From assembly GCA_964350735.1 (NCBI GenBank), contig CAYGKO010000004.1:19583-83582 (forward strand): 64,000 bases of DNA, read 5' to 3'. Every line of letters begins with the position of its first letter. The stretch's first letter is position 1. The notes under the pieces are model-generated. The model worked only from the letters and a program-made list of their open reading frames with translations. It searched no databases and was not told the origin of the DNA. This DNA comes from an uncultured Candidatus Saccharibacteria bacterium. GTDB taxonomy: Bacteria > Patescibacteriota > Minisyncoccia > Phycocordibacterales > UBA918. Shown here piece after piece: positions 50,407-59,980 of this stretch. Position numbers and translations under genes: made by a program.

Positions 50407-52881
50407 TTAAGAGTAGATAGTAATAAGTCTATTATACTTCACCGCTCGTTCTGACTGACTCGGTGCACCTGCCTTTAAACCAAATGCTTTTGTGCCAAAT
50501 GCTAAATCAGCAATAAAATTATCATCCGTCTCACCACTACGGTGGCTCACAATGCACCAAATTTTATTTTCATAGGCAAGTTGCATGGTGGCCAGTGTAT
50601 CGCTCAGCGTCCCGATCTGATTAGGCTTAATAATCAACGCATTCACTGCATTACAGTCGATCGCTTTTTGTAACTGCTCAACATTTGTAGTGGTCAAATC
50701 ATCACCGATGGTCAGCACCCCTGGGTGCGCCTCGTGATAGGAGGCAAAAGCCTTCATATCATGCTCTTGATATGGATCTTCGACCATTTGTAGCATTGGG
50801 AATTTTTTATGGAGTTCAGTATAAAAATCAAGCATACCTTCGACACTAAGGATTTCTCCTCCTAGTGCATATGCTTCCTTTTTATAAAACGAACTAGCGG
50901 CCACATCAGTTCCAATCAAAATTGGAACTTCACACTGAGCTCGTTTAATCGCTGTGGCAATATGCGCAAACGGTTCGAATACATCATGACTCGGAATCAC
51001 AAAGCCACCTTCATCACCGACAGTGATCTCTTTGTGTTTGTAAGTCTCATGCAATACCTCCCGCAGCTCTCGCTGCACTTGTTTTACAGCCGCTAGTGCT
51101 GCCTGTACATCATCAGTGTCTGGAATAATTTGATGTTCTTGAATTGCACTACCCACCTTGGCGTGTTGACCACCATTAATGAGATTGACGAATAATCGCG
51201 GTGCAACTGACTGCTCTCGATATGAAAAGAGTTCTGCGATATGCTGCCAGGTTTCGACTCCCTTCACTGCTGCAGCCGCTTTACACGCAGCCACACTAAT
51301 ACCAAGTGCAAGATTCCCGCCAATAGCAGCGAAGTTTTTAGTCCCATCAATTGTATGCAACGCGGCATCAAGCGCAGCCTGGTCGGTCACGTCCATACCC
51401 AGCAGCACTGACTGCACTTTCTTTTGTAGTATCTGTACTGCTTTGTGGGCAGGAAGCACCGCCACTTCATACTCACCAGTACTGGCCCCACTTGGTACGC
51501 TGAACGTACCAGTTTCGCCACCAGCTATGACACTCACTTGAACAGTTGGCTTCCCTCGGGAGTCTTGTATCACTCGTGCTTCTACGTCAGTGATTGCTGT
51601 ATCGGTCAATTCCGACTGCGCAGTAATGAGGAGCATCAAGTCTGACACATTTGACTCCAGCAATCCGGTTTTAATATGCCCTCCAGTTGTATTGAAAAAC
51701 GGGAAGGAATCAAAGCGCTCTAAATGATCAGCAATTGACAAGGCTCGCTCTGCTGCGCGGATAACAATTTCTTCATCAGCAATCGCTCCAGCCATGTCAG
51801 TATTATCACGTCCATCAGACGCTAGCGAAACAAAGGCTTGATTAGGCTCAAGTGCTGACAACATACTGAGCGCTAAATAACTATTGCGACCACCAGTCCC
51901 ATCCGCTGCTTCAGTCACCATTACTTTTGTTTCTCCACCCATACAGCGCGCTACACCGCTACCCGCTTCTTCTAAGAGTAATTCTTTAGTTTCAGGCGCT
52001 GTGGTGTACTGAGTAGCGGACACCAGGTCAGCTCGATATGATAATGCTTCGGCTTTTTCCTGCATTGCATTCAAGGCTGTGACATTCGAAGCAATCGTGA
52101 AGTTATGCACTCGCTCAAAATACTTTGGCTCCTTTGGGGTCTCCACTAGTCGAAATGAACCCAGCGCATATTTCTCAATCAGCGCTTGGGCGTCATGAAT
52201 CGTGGTGGTGTCAAAACAGGTCGGACCAGAGGCTACAGCTGCTATATCACCACCTGGCACATCAGAAAAAACTAACCCTGCGACCGTTGCTGGGTAGAGA
52301 GCTTTAGCTAGTCCTCCACCTTTAAGGTGTGAGATATGCTTGCGGACAATATTCAATTCTTCAATCGTGCCGCCGCTTTGTAGGAATGATTCAAACAACT
52401 GAATCCCTTGAGTGCACTCCCCCATCGATGAGCACAACAGCGCGGAACCTCCTCCAGACACAACTACTAGTACCAAGTCTCGCTCTTTAGCAGTGCGTGC
52501 CACTTCTTCAATGTGTTTGGTGGCAGTATAGTTTTGTTGCGATGGTAATGGATGCGTACCGGCATACGTATCAACTACCTGACAAACTTTTTCGGCCACG
52601 CCAATCACTGCACCATTTTTTACTCGGCCATTTAAAATCTGCTCCAGAGTGTGCGCAGCAGTACAAGCCACCTTGCCAAACCCGATGACGTACACATGTT
52701 CGTGCTCACGTAGGTCAAATTGATGCCCTTGAATCTGTAACACATCATCACAGAGAGTAATATTGTTGTTAAGAACTGTCTTTGTATCAATCGCTTGCAG
52801 GCCTGCTTCTGCAATCAATAAAGCATCCCGCCGCAGGGGTGAAGTTGCTAGTTCGTCAAAATTTTTAATAATCTGCCTCAT
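50407..52881 (-). CDS. Glycerate 2-kinase (MOFRL/DUF4147) - enolase fusion
   Basis: N-half: GFGK, HPLP, SGGGSAL, ELNIVRKHIS..KGG, SDVPG, ASGPT, GGET, GGRN, SDGRD, NVSD. C-half: DSRG.PTV, PSGASTG, GDEGG, EDP, GDDL, KPNQIG, SHRSGET, KYNRL. Confidence 0.93.
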   Translation of the reverse strand: MRQIIKNFDELATSPLRRDALLIAEAGLQAIDTKTVLNNNITLCDDVLQIQGHQFDLREHEHVYVIGFGKVACTAAHTLEQILNGRVKNGAVIGVAEKVCQVVDTYAGTHPLPSQQNYTATKHIEEVARTAKERDLVLVVVSGGGSALLCSSMGECTQGIQLFESFLQSGGTIEELNIVRKHISHLKGGGLAKALYPATVAGLVFSDVPGGDIAAVASGPTCFDTTTIHDAQALIEKYALGSFRLVETPKEPKYFERVHNFTIASNVTALNAMQEKAEALSYRADLVSATQYTTAPETKELLLEEAGSGVARCMGGETKVMVTEAADGTGGRNSYLALSMLSALEPNQAFVSLASDGRDNTDMAGAIADEEIVIRAAERALSIADHLERFDSFPFFNTTGGHIKTGLLESNVSDLMLLITAQSELTDTAITDVEARVIQDSRGKPTVQVSVIAGGETGTFSVPSGASTGEYEVAVLPAHKAVQILQKKVQSVLLGMDVTDQAALDAALHTIDGTKNFAAIGGNLALGISVAACKAAAAVKGVETWQHIAELFSYREQSVAPRLFVNLINGGQHAKVGSAIQEHQIIPDTDDVQAALAAVKQVQRELREVLHETYKHKEITVGDEGGFVIPSHDVFEPFAHIATAIKRAQCEVPILIGTDVAASSFYKKEAYALGGEILSVEGMLDFYTELHKKFPMLQMVEDPYQEHDMKAFASYHEAHPGVLTIGDDLTTTNVEQLQKAIDCNAVNALIIKPNQIGTLSDTLATMQLAYENKIWCIVSHRSGETDDNFIADLAFGTKAFGLKAGAPSQSERAVKYNRLITIYS

Positions 52882-53885
52882 ACTGATACCTGATTTGCCG
52901 CTACTCCAGCTGCAAATGACTGGATGTTACTCACCGTAATATCAGTGATTTCCCGCTTGGCTTCAGCGGTGTTAAAAGCAATATGTGGTGTCACGATCAC
53001 ATTCGACATATCAATGAGCGCATGATCGGCCACTAGGGTTTCCCATAGTGTAGCGTCGACATTTTGTGCGACCAGTAACTCAGCCTCCTCGCGTAATTCG
53101 TGCTCTCCTTCAAGCACATCAAGTCCGGCTCCAGCTATATGTCCGGACTGCAGTGCCTCTACCAAAGCTTTGGTGTCGACCACTTCGCCACGAGCGGTAT
53201 TTATTAAATAGCTACCCGACTTCATCAAAGCTAGTTTTTCTGCATTTAGTAGATGGTGTGTAGCGGGAATAGCAGGTACGTGCAACGTCACGATATCAGC
53301 CTGAATCAATACTTCATCAAGCGACTGATATTGCAGCGCCTGCTCATTTGCGAACCCCTCATCTGGCTGTACGTCATAGGCGACTACATTCATACCGATC
53401 CCTCTTGCGATCTCACATACACTGCGTCCGATCGCGCCGGTACCCACCACCCCTAAAGTCTTTCCGTACAGATCAAACCCTTCATACGTTGCAAAATTTG
53501 TTACCCCTGCATCTTTCTGCATATCAGTATACGAACGAAAGGCGTTCCGCGACAACGCAAACATGAGCGCAATCGCATATTCAGCGACCGTACGCGTGCC
53601 ATAGTGCGGGACGCGGCACACTACCATCCCTCGTTCAGCTGCCGCCGCAACATCAATATGATCATATCCAGCCGAACGCGCGGCAATCAATTTTAAATTT
53701 GGAAATAAACTAAGTGTTTCAGTAGTAACTGGAGAGTCAACAAATACACTTAAAACCTCCATCGCTTCACGATCGGCAACAGATAATTCCTCGACACTTT
53801 CAACCACCACCCACTCATGAGCAGGCGCTGTTGCTGCCAAAATATCGATCTCGCCTGGATACGGTCGAACATAGCCTATTTTCAT
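52878..53885 (-). CDS. D-2-hydroxyacid dehydrogenase (D-lactate/glycerate dehydrogenase family)
   Basis: RSAGYDHID, GVVGTGAIG, INTARG, LDVLEGE, TPHIAFNT. Confidence 0.92.
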   Translation of the reverse strand: MKIGYVRPYPGEIDILAATAPAHEWVVVESVEELSVADREAMEVLSVFVDSPVTTETLSLFPNLKLIAARSAGYDHIDVAAAAERGMVVCRVPHYGTRTVAEYAIALMFALSRNAFRSYTDMQKDAGVTNFATYEGFDLYGKTLGVVGTGAIGRSVCEIARGIGMNVVAYDVQPDEGFANEQALQYQSLDEVLIQADIVTLHVPAIPATHHLLNAEKLALMKSGSYLINTARGEVVDTKALVEALQSGHIAGAGLDVLEGEHELREEAELLVAQNVDATLWETLVADHALIDMSNVIVTPHIAFNTAEAKREITDITVSNIQSFAAGVAANQVSV

Positions 53886-53939
53886 AGCTGTATTCTACCT
53901 TGATTTAAACACCAGCAATGAAGCCTATCAACATTTTGT

Positions 53940-54117
53940 GTTGCCGGACAAGGATTCGAATCTTACAGATTCTGTGCAGCGTTTGGATATTTATATTCGC
54001 TTCGCTCTATAAATATCTCAAACCGCTTTTCGAATCCCTCGTAACAGTCCCCCGGACTGTTACTTATCGCGCTGCTGTAAAAACAAAAATCTCCTAACGG
54101 AGATTTTATGCTAACAG
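53940..54117 (-). repeat. Structured tRNA-3'-associated element, copy 2
   Basis: Same order as 7883..8057. Core 53/63 identical without gaps. Ends in GAATCCTTGTCCGGCAAC, 15/18 to the tRNA-Gln 3' end. Confidence 0.8.
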
Positions 54118-54188
54118 CTGCCCGACAGGGATTCGAACCCCAGTTGACGGTACCAGAAACCGCAGTCCTACCACTAGACGATCGGGCA
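54118..54188 (-). tRNA. tRNA-Gln (anticodon CTG)
   Basis: Acceptor stem TGCCCGA/TCGGGCA, anticodon loop TTCTGGT, GGTTCGAATCC. CCA not encoded. Confidence 0.95.
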
Positions 54189-54249
54189 ATATACTTCTGA
54201 CGAAGTGAGTTATATACTGCCAGAATTTGCGTAAGATTCAAGCTTGATG

Positions 54250-54888
54250 TTACCGCTTGCTGACATCTATCTTTTCGATCAATTCCCAGGCGCAGGTATG
54301 CGACGCTGCGTTCTCATTAAAATGTAGATGAAACACTTCAGTATTTTTAGTCCGGAGAGTATTCAAAATACCTTTGGCATACTGATAAAACGACAAATCA
54401 ATCTCGTTACAGATCAACTCTACAAACAAATTCATAAAGATGGCGTGTGACACTACCACCACCCGATCCCCTTTACTCTCTCCGATCGCATCTTTGGCAT
54501 CGTGAATCCGATTACGAATATCAAACATGTTCTCAGCGCCTTCGTGTTGCCAATCGTTATTATCTCGCTGCCAGAAAAAGTCTTTCAGATATCTAAATGA
54601 TGCCAGCGAAGCATGTTTCTTGCCATACAAACTATCGGGTCGACGGAACTCAGCTACACTTGGTAGCGGCATGATCGGTACATTGACATGCGACTCGATA
54701 ATCTCAGCTGTCTCACGGGCGCGAACCAACGGACTGGCAAAGAGCGTATCAATCGACTGGCTCACCAAATACTGCCCCACCGTGTGCGCCTGCTGCCTCC
54801 CCTTCTCATTAAGGGGTGATTCGGGCAGTTGATGCACGTGCTTGGCATTGAAGGCCGTCTGACCATGTCGTACAAAAAAGATCTCCAT
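54250..54888 (-). CDS. Histidine phosphatase family protein
   Basis: VRHGQT, SPLVRARETA, VVSH. Confidence 0.9.
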   Translation of the reverse strand: MEIFFVRHGQTAFNAKHVHQLPESPLNEKGRQQAHTVGQYLVSQSIDTLFASPLVRARETAEIIESHVNVPIMPLPSVAEFRRPDSLYGKKHASLASFRYLKDFFWQRDNNDWQHEGAENMFDIRNRIHDAKDAIGESKGDRVVVVSHAIFMNLFVELICNEIDLSFYQYAKGILNTLRTKNTEVFHLHFNENAASHTCAWELIEKIDVSKR

Positions 54889-54960
54889 CAAAAAACTTAT
54901 TAGATACTAGTATGGTAGCACTCTCACCGAGTGATTTTGACTGTGTACTAACAAAAAACT

Positions 54961-55587
54961 TTATTCAGCGAAGTGCGCGTGGTCGTTCCAAGTCAAAAGC
55001 TGCCAATTTGTTTCAGGACTATACTGAAAAACAGTTATACCCGTATTCGACAGTCGCAATGCTTTATACATCTGGGCCCACAGCTCTGGGGTTGGAACGC
55101 CAGAACTTAATACATACGTGGCAAAAAACTTTGCAATATACTCATGGGAAACCACCATAGTATCTCCAGATTTTTCTTGTAGCAGATCAAATGCTGTTTT
55201 GGTGCGATCGGTTAATTCTGTAAAGCTTTCTGAATCTTCAAACTTCCAATCAGCTTCATGCAGATTTGCCACTTCTGCTTCTCTATACATGACATACTCG
55301 GGAAGAGTTTTATCCCAACCATCAAAACGAGAAGGACGCTTACGCTCGGCAAACAAATCACTTACTTCAACGCTGTGTGAAGTAATCGATGCGACAGCTG
55401 CTGCCGTGTCAGAAGCCCGAGCTGCTGGACTTGAATAGAGTGTCTCAAACTGCAAACTGCCGGCTCGTGCCGCAAGCAAGGACGCCTCCTTTACTCCCAA
55501 ATCATTCAACGGTGTCTGGGCTGATTGCTGAATATTACCTACTGAACCGTCAGTCGCTCCATGACGGACAAAATACACTCGTTTCAT
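54961..55587 (-). CDS. Histidine phosphatase family protein
   Basis: VRHGAT, SSPAARASDTA, VVSH, NTG, WNDHAH. Confidence 0.9.
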   Translation of the reverse strand: MKRVYFVRHGATDGSVGNIQQSAQTPLNDLGVKEASLLAARAGSLQFETLYSSPAARASDTAAAVASITSHSVEVSDLFAERKRPSRFDGWDKTLPEYVMYREAEVANLHEADWKFEDSESFTELTDRTKTAFDLLQEKSGDTMVVSHEYIAKFFATYVLSSGVPTPELWAQMYKALRLSNTGITVFQYSPETNWQLLTWNDHAHFAE

Positions 55588-55589
55588 GG

Positions 55590-56630
55590 CTAGTTTTTTT
55601 CAGCTTGTTCTAATAAGACAATTTCAAGTGGCAACTGTGTCAGTGCGGTGTGTTGAATCTGGGCTGAAGCTTCCAGCAAACGAACCAGCAGGTGCGAGTT
55701 GATAGCGGAAGTACTGGCGGTAGCGATCGACTTGACGAGCTCTCGATCTCCTTCGCCAAAAGGGGCCAGGAGTTCTGCTTCTCTCGCTGGCACATTCCGC
55801 AACATCATGACGGCCCGCACCCGCTCGAGTAGCAGTCTGGTGAACAACTTCATATCAACATGATCTCCTTTGGCCGCAGCAATCGCTGCCGTTCCTTTCT
55901 CAACGTCTTTTTCATGCAGTGCCGACAGCACATCACCCACCAAAGCAGTCCTAGGAGCACCAATGATAGTCGCCACTTCATCAGCGTCACCAATAGTGTC
56001 GCCTGAGGCCAAGATGACTTTCTGAGTCACTCCTAAAGCATCTCGAAACGACCCATCAGCTGCGATTGCAATCAAGTCTGCCGCCTCTGGCTTGAGTGAG
56101 AAACCTTCTTTCTTAGCCACATCTGTAACTGTTGCCGCCAAAACTTCCCGCGACGGAGAACGCATGGTGAACACCTGACACCGCGAGAGGATGGTATCGA
56201 GCAACTTCTCTACTTCAGTCGTAGCTAAGATAAATATCACGTGCGCTGGCGGCTCTTCCAGCGTCTTCAAAAGTGCATTGAACGCTTCTTTGGTGAGCAT
56301 GTGTACCTCATCGATGATGTAGACCTTGCGTTCACTTTCGTACGGCAGTGTATGCACTGCTTCACGCAGCTCACGGATGTCGTCAATCCCCCGATTACTC
56401 GCCGCATCAATCTCATACAAATCTACATCGCTCGTACCAATCTCACGCGCAAAAATACGCGCCAAAGTAGTCTTCCCCGTCCCTCGTCCGCCGCAAAATA
56501 ATAAAGCATGTGGAATAGCCTTTTTCTTGATCGCTCCTTCGAGCACCGTCACAATATGGTCTTGATCGCGCACTTCTGCGAATGTCTGCGGCCGGTACTT
56601 ACGGTACAGCGCTCCCGTGGTTTCTGTCAT
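55590..56630 (-). CDS. dnaX: DNA polymerase III gamma/tau, short form
   Basis: LYRKYRPQTF, GGRGTGKTT, EIDAASNRG, IIDEVHML, TILSRCQ. Confidence 0.95.
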   Translation of the reverse strand: MTETTGALYRKYRPQTFAEVRDQDHIVTVLEGAIKKKAIPHALLFCGGRGTGKTTLARIFAREIGTSDVDLYEIDAASNRGIDDIRELREAVHTLPYESERKVYIIDEVHMLTKEAFNALLKTLEEPPAHVIFILATTEVEKLLDTILSRCQVFTMRSPSREVLAATVTDVAKKEGFSLKPEAADLIAIAADGSFRDALGVTQKVILASGDTIGDADEVATIIGAPRTALVGDVLSALHEKDVEKGTAAIAAAKGDHVDMKLFTRLLLERVRAVMMLRNVPAREAELLAPFGEGDRELVKSIATASTSAINSHLLVRLLEASAQIQHTALTQLPLEIVLLEQAEKN

Positions 56631-56648
56631 ATATGAGTAGTATACCAT

Positions 56649-56690
56649 TTAGAAAAATCGGCCGCCCCGTGGGGCGGCCGATTTTTCTAA
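56649..56690. terminator. 20-bp perfect inverted repeat, terminator-like
   Basis: TTAGAAAAATCGGCCGCCCC-GT-GGGGCGGCCGATTTTTCTAA immediately after the stop of 56693..57205. Confidence 0.75.
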
Positions 56691-56692
56691 GT

Positions 56693-57205
56693 TTACTTAG
56701 CAGCTTTTTTCACAACCTTCTTAACTGCCTTCTTTGGTACCTTCTTAGGTGTTTTTATAACTTTCTTCACTGTCTTCTTTGGGGCTTTTTTGACTGTCTT
56801 CTTAGCGGTTTTCGCTGTCTTTTTTGCCACTACTCCAGAGACTTCTTTGATCAACTTCCCGGCGTCTTCGATGCCTGGCCAATGATCTTTCATTTCTCGT
56901 TTGAAGGTCGCAATGTCAGCCTTACTCGCAGTCTTAAGTCGTGAGTACGAAGATGAGACAGTGTCTACCAATTTTTCATATTCTGCCTGTGACATTTGTT
57001 CAACATCCTCGAGTGTCTCGAGCACTTCCGCCTTTGCTTTAAGCATCCAACTTTTTACTTTTGTTCGATTCTTCTGTGCATCAGAACTCACCCCCAAGAA
57101 ATAGGCTCCGGCCGCTGCCACCGCTGCTGCAGTCAAACCAACACCAATCCCAACTTTCTGCTGGGTAGACATACTTGCTTTCTTAGCTGTTTTTTTCGTT
57201 GCCAT
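56693..57205 (-). CDS. YtxH-like protein with Lys-rich histone-H1-like tail
   Basis: Gly/Ala TM segment, helical middle, KKTAK/KKTVK/KKAVK repeats. Start at MATKK. Confidence 0.7.
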   Translation of the reverse strand: MATKKTAKKASMSTQQKVGIGVGLTAAAVAAAGAYFLGVSSDAQKNRTKVKSWMLKAKAEVLETLEDVEQMSQAEYEKLVDTVSSSYSRLKTASKADIATFKREMKDHWPGIEDAGKLIKEVSGVVAKKTAKTAKKTVKKAPKKTVKKVIKTPKKVPKKAVKKVVKKAAK

Positions 57206-57212
57206 AAATGAT

Positions 57213-57497
57213 TTACTCTTCAGAAGATTTAGTTCGTCTCCGACGTTTGGGAGCAGCGGCACCAGGCACAAAACTCATCACAAAAGAAATGAGTCGAGCG
57301 GGATTGAGGTTAGCGCGAATACTTTCTATATCATCTGCCAACACCTCACTTCCCATCTCTACCCGCTCTACAATCCGTCTGATCGATCGAACAATTTTAA
57401 TAAGCTGGTAAAGCAATACACACACTAAAATTGTCAGTGCTACCACTCCAAGTGAGGCGATAACAAAAAATATATTTGCGTGCAGTACTTCATCCAT
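57213..57497 (-). CDS. Small membrane protein (DUF948/YoxC-like)
   Basis: One TM followed by a coiled coil, directly upstream of the YtxH-like gene. Confidence 0.6.
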   Translation of the reverse strand: MDEVLHANIFFVIASLGVVALTILVCVLLYQLIKIVRSIRRIVERVEMGSEVLADDIESIRANLNPARLISFVMSFVPGAAAPKRRRRTKSSEE

Positions 57498-57515
57498 GTC
57501 ACTAGTGTATCAGAT

Positions 57516-58610
57516 CTACTGAATAGTTCGTAAAAAATCGTGGACAATTCGTTCCACTTCCGCCGGTGAATTTGATTCCATCAGCGCTGAGCGCAGCGGC
57601 GCTGCACCCGGGAAACCGTTCACGTACGCTTTGTAGTGCTTCTTCATGACTGAAAAATTCTTTGCCGGCAACAACTCTACAAACAACTTGCTGTGTTCCA
57701 CGAGCACCAGTAATCGCTCTTCCAGAGTCACATACTCCATGGTTGCATCTGATGTATCGTTCGTCACGATCTCTTCTCGATTCACACCATGAGTTGGGAG
57801 CGCTGTAAGTCGCAGTGGCAGCGACCTAGTTGGATGGAAAAACCACGGGTTACCAAAGAGCGCGCGACCAATCATGGCTCCATCAGATCCGGTCTCGGCG
57901 ATCTTCTGATGCGCATCTTCGAGACTCAATACATCGCCATTACCAAGGATTCTAGTTGCTGCCGAAATTTCATTTCGTAATTCAACCGCGCGCGTCAGTC
58001 GCTCCCACCGGGCTGGCACCTTACTCAAGTCTTTGCGGGTACGACAATGCAGCGACAGTGCCGCTGGCTTCTCTTCGAGCAAGGCCGGGAGCCAGGTCTC
58101 GACTTCGTCTTCGTTGTAGCCGAGGCGAGTTTTCACTGAGACCGGAATCCCGTCAGCTTCACCATGACGCGCACCACGCATCGCGGCCTTTACTACCTCT
58201 TTAGCATTCGCGGGATCCTGGATCATCGCTGCTCCAGCACCTTGCTTACCAATCACCTGCACCGGGCAGCCCATATTGATATCCACCCCATCAAACCCCA
58301 GCTCAAGACAAAGGCGCGCCGCCCCTTCCATATGCTCTGGCTGTGAGGTAAATAACTGCGCCACGATCGGCCGCTCTTCTTCGCTATAGATCAGATCAAC
58401 CATCAATTTCGCTCGCCCTTCTGGTGGTGCCAACATCAACCCATCAGCCGCGACAAACTCAGTCCACATCACATCAGGACCACCGACAGAACCATCAGCC
58501 CGGGTGTGAGCTGAGTATTTAGTGAGCATGCGCCGAAACGGCGCGTCAGTGACGTCAGCCATCGGCGCTACGGCCATTATTGGGCTTGGTAAGTCTTGCC
58601 AGAAGTTCAT
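57516..58610 (-). CDS. dus: tRNA-dihydrouridine synthase
   Basis: APMADVTD, DINMGCP, SVKTRLG, HCRT, GNGD, MIGRA..GNPW. Confidence 0.93.
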   Translation of the reverse strand: MNFWQDLPSPIMAVAPMADVTDAPFRRMLTKYSAHTRADGSVGGPDVMWTEFVAADGLMLAPPEGRAKLMVDLIYSEEERPIVAQLFTSQPEHMEGAARLCLELGFDGVDINMGCPVQVIGKQGAGAAMIQDPANAKEVVKAAMRGARHGEADGIPVSVKTRLGYNEDEVETWLPALLEEKPAALSLHCRTRKDLSKVPARWERLTRAVELRNEISAATRILGNGDVLSLEDAHQKIAETGSDGAMIGRALFGNPWFFHPTRSLPLRLTALPTHGVNREEIVTNDTSDATMEYVTLEERLLVLVEHSKLFVELLPAKNFSVMKKHYKAYVNGFPGAAPLRSALMESNSPAEVERIVHDFLRTIQ

Positions 58611-58696
58611 AAGCTTGGATTATAGTTGACGATGCATATTTTGCAATGTATTAATAGTAAGGAAGCAAGCTAACGGAATAGGAAATAGGGAGATGT

Positions 58697-58843
58697 ATGA
58701 TGAGTTTCTATGTTGCTATTCAGTTCTTTTTTGGCTGCTTAGTCTTGTCGGTGTATAGCGCAAGATTCTATCCAAGAATCTTCTACGGCATTTTCTATTT
58801 CGGTGATCAACGACCGAGCCCCTTCGAAGACGAAGATAGGTGA
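58697..58843 (+). CDS. Possible 48-aa small membrane protein, not in the ORF track
   Basis: MMSFYVAIQFFFGCLVLSVYSARFYPRIFYGIFYFGDQRPSPFEDEDR*. AGGGAG upstream. Fills the dus-ftsQ gap. Confidence 0.35.
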   Translation: MMSFYVAIQFFFGCLVLSVYSARFYPRIFYGIFYFGDQRPSPFEDEDR

Positions 58844-58896
58844 GAAAAGCCGTCACATCGTAAAATATACTGCTGCCCTTTGAGGCAGCCTTTTCT

Positions 58897-59784
58897 TTAC
58901 AAAGTCGAAGTTGCAGACGAGCTGGCAACATTCTGTTCATCTAAAGTTACCTCCTCTTTTACATACACCTTATTCCCAAACCGCAGATCAATGTATTGAA
59001 AATTACCCGGCTCGAGGTGGGTAAACTGGGCTGACTCTAGTACGGTCAGTAAATTGTCGAAGGTATCTTGGGCCGTAATGTCCCGTGACGTTTTAATAAC
59101 CCCACCACCAGCAATATGGTATTCAATTTCTGTTTCTGATTTTTGAATGACCCCAATAATATTTATATCAAGCTGGTTTTTGGCCACATCTATCAGCTCT
59201 GTCGTCTGATCAAGCACCTCTCGTTCAAACACCTGCTTCTGTATCCCCATTTCTTCATCCAGCTGCACGTACCGGATAAAAGCAGCGCCAGTAAGCTCCG
59301 GAGCAATAGTAAAGGCATAACCGCTTCGATCTAGAAACGCACAAGCAGCGCTCTCTAAACCCTCACACCAGAGTGCAAACGGGACATATTCTTCAAAAAC
59401 TATTTGTATAGTTGTGCCGTCAGTTCGATCTACAGCCACGTTCTTGATTCGTTCGAGTCGTAAAATTCGATCAGTAATGGTCTGCCGGGGATAGGTCCAA
59501 GCGAACTGCTTGGGGACGAGTCTGTAATAGGAACCAACCAAAAGCTCATCGGCCAGACGTCGCACTTCATCATGTGCGATTGTCTCACCGCCTACCACTT
59601 CAACTTGTGTAATAGTGAGCGCCTCAATCCGAGAGCCATACCAGACACCAGTCACTATAAGTCCGATCAAACACGTCAAAATCACTCCAATCCCCACCTG
59701 CCGCTTCCAGGTACTCTGAAAAACTTTTTGGGACCGGCGGACAGGCTTTCGCTTGGATTTGAAAAGTCGTGACAAGATTTTCAT
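58897..59784 (-). CDS. ftsQ: Cell division protein FtsQ/DivIB-like
   Basis: Basic N-terminus, one TM, POTRA-like ITQVEVVG, YIDLRFGNKVY. Start at MKILSR with TGGTACCAT 6 nt upstream. Confidence 0.75.
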   Translation of the reverse strand: MKILSRLFKSKRKPVRRSQKVFQSTWKRQVGIGVILTCLIGLIVTGVWYGSRIEALTITQVEVVGGETIAHDEVRRLADELLVGSYYRLVPKQFAWTYPRQTITDRILRLERIKNVAVDRTDGTTIQIVFEEYVPFALWCEGLESAACAFLDRSGYAFTIAPELTGAAFIRYVQLDEEMGIQKQVFEREVLDQTTELIDVAKNQLDINIIGVIQKSETEIEYHIAGGGVIKTSRDITAQDTFDNLLTVLESAQFTHLEPGNFQYIDLRFGNKVYVKEEVTLDEQNVASSSATSTL

Positions 59785-59902
59785 GGAAGTATGGTACCAC
59801 GCAAATAGGTGGCGAACTTTGCTCGCCGGCCAGCAGGCACCAATAATTTTAATCCTCCGGAAAATCAACCCTGCCAAACCAAAAGCTACCAAAATATATA
59901 CA

Positions 59903-59934
59903 AAAAAACCTTTCAATCGATTGAAAGGTTTTTT
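59903..59934. terminator. Palindromic terminator after serS
   Basis: AAAAAACCTTTCAATCGATTGAAAGGTTTTTT. Confidence 0.7.
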
Positions 59935-59980
59935 GGAGTCTTCGAGGTTTGGCGGTTTTTGGCTCGCTGCTACAAATCTC

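Noticed and set aside
53963-54241. 92-aa ORF across tRNA-Gln
   Set aside because: It reads through a clear tRNA and the repeat element. Its similarity to the ORFs near 7900 is just the DNA repeat.
54916-54940. TAGCACTC resembling a CIRCE half-site
   Set aside because: Spacing and right arm do not fit TTAGCACTC-N9-GAGTGCTAA, and it is not near chaperone genes. The TTAGCACT upstream of groES also lacks a matching right arm.
59800-59975. Extended imperfect hairpin after serS as another copy of the 3'-end element
   Set aside because: No clear antisense or direct copy of the serS 3' end and no core match; treated as a terminator region.
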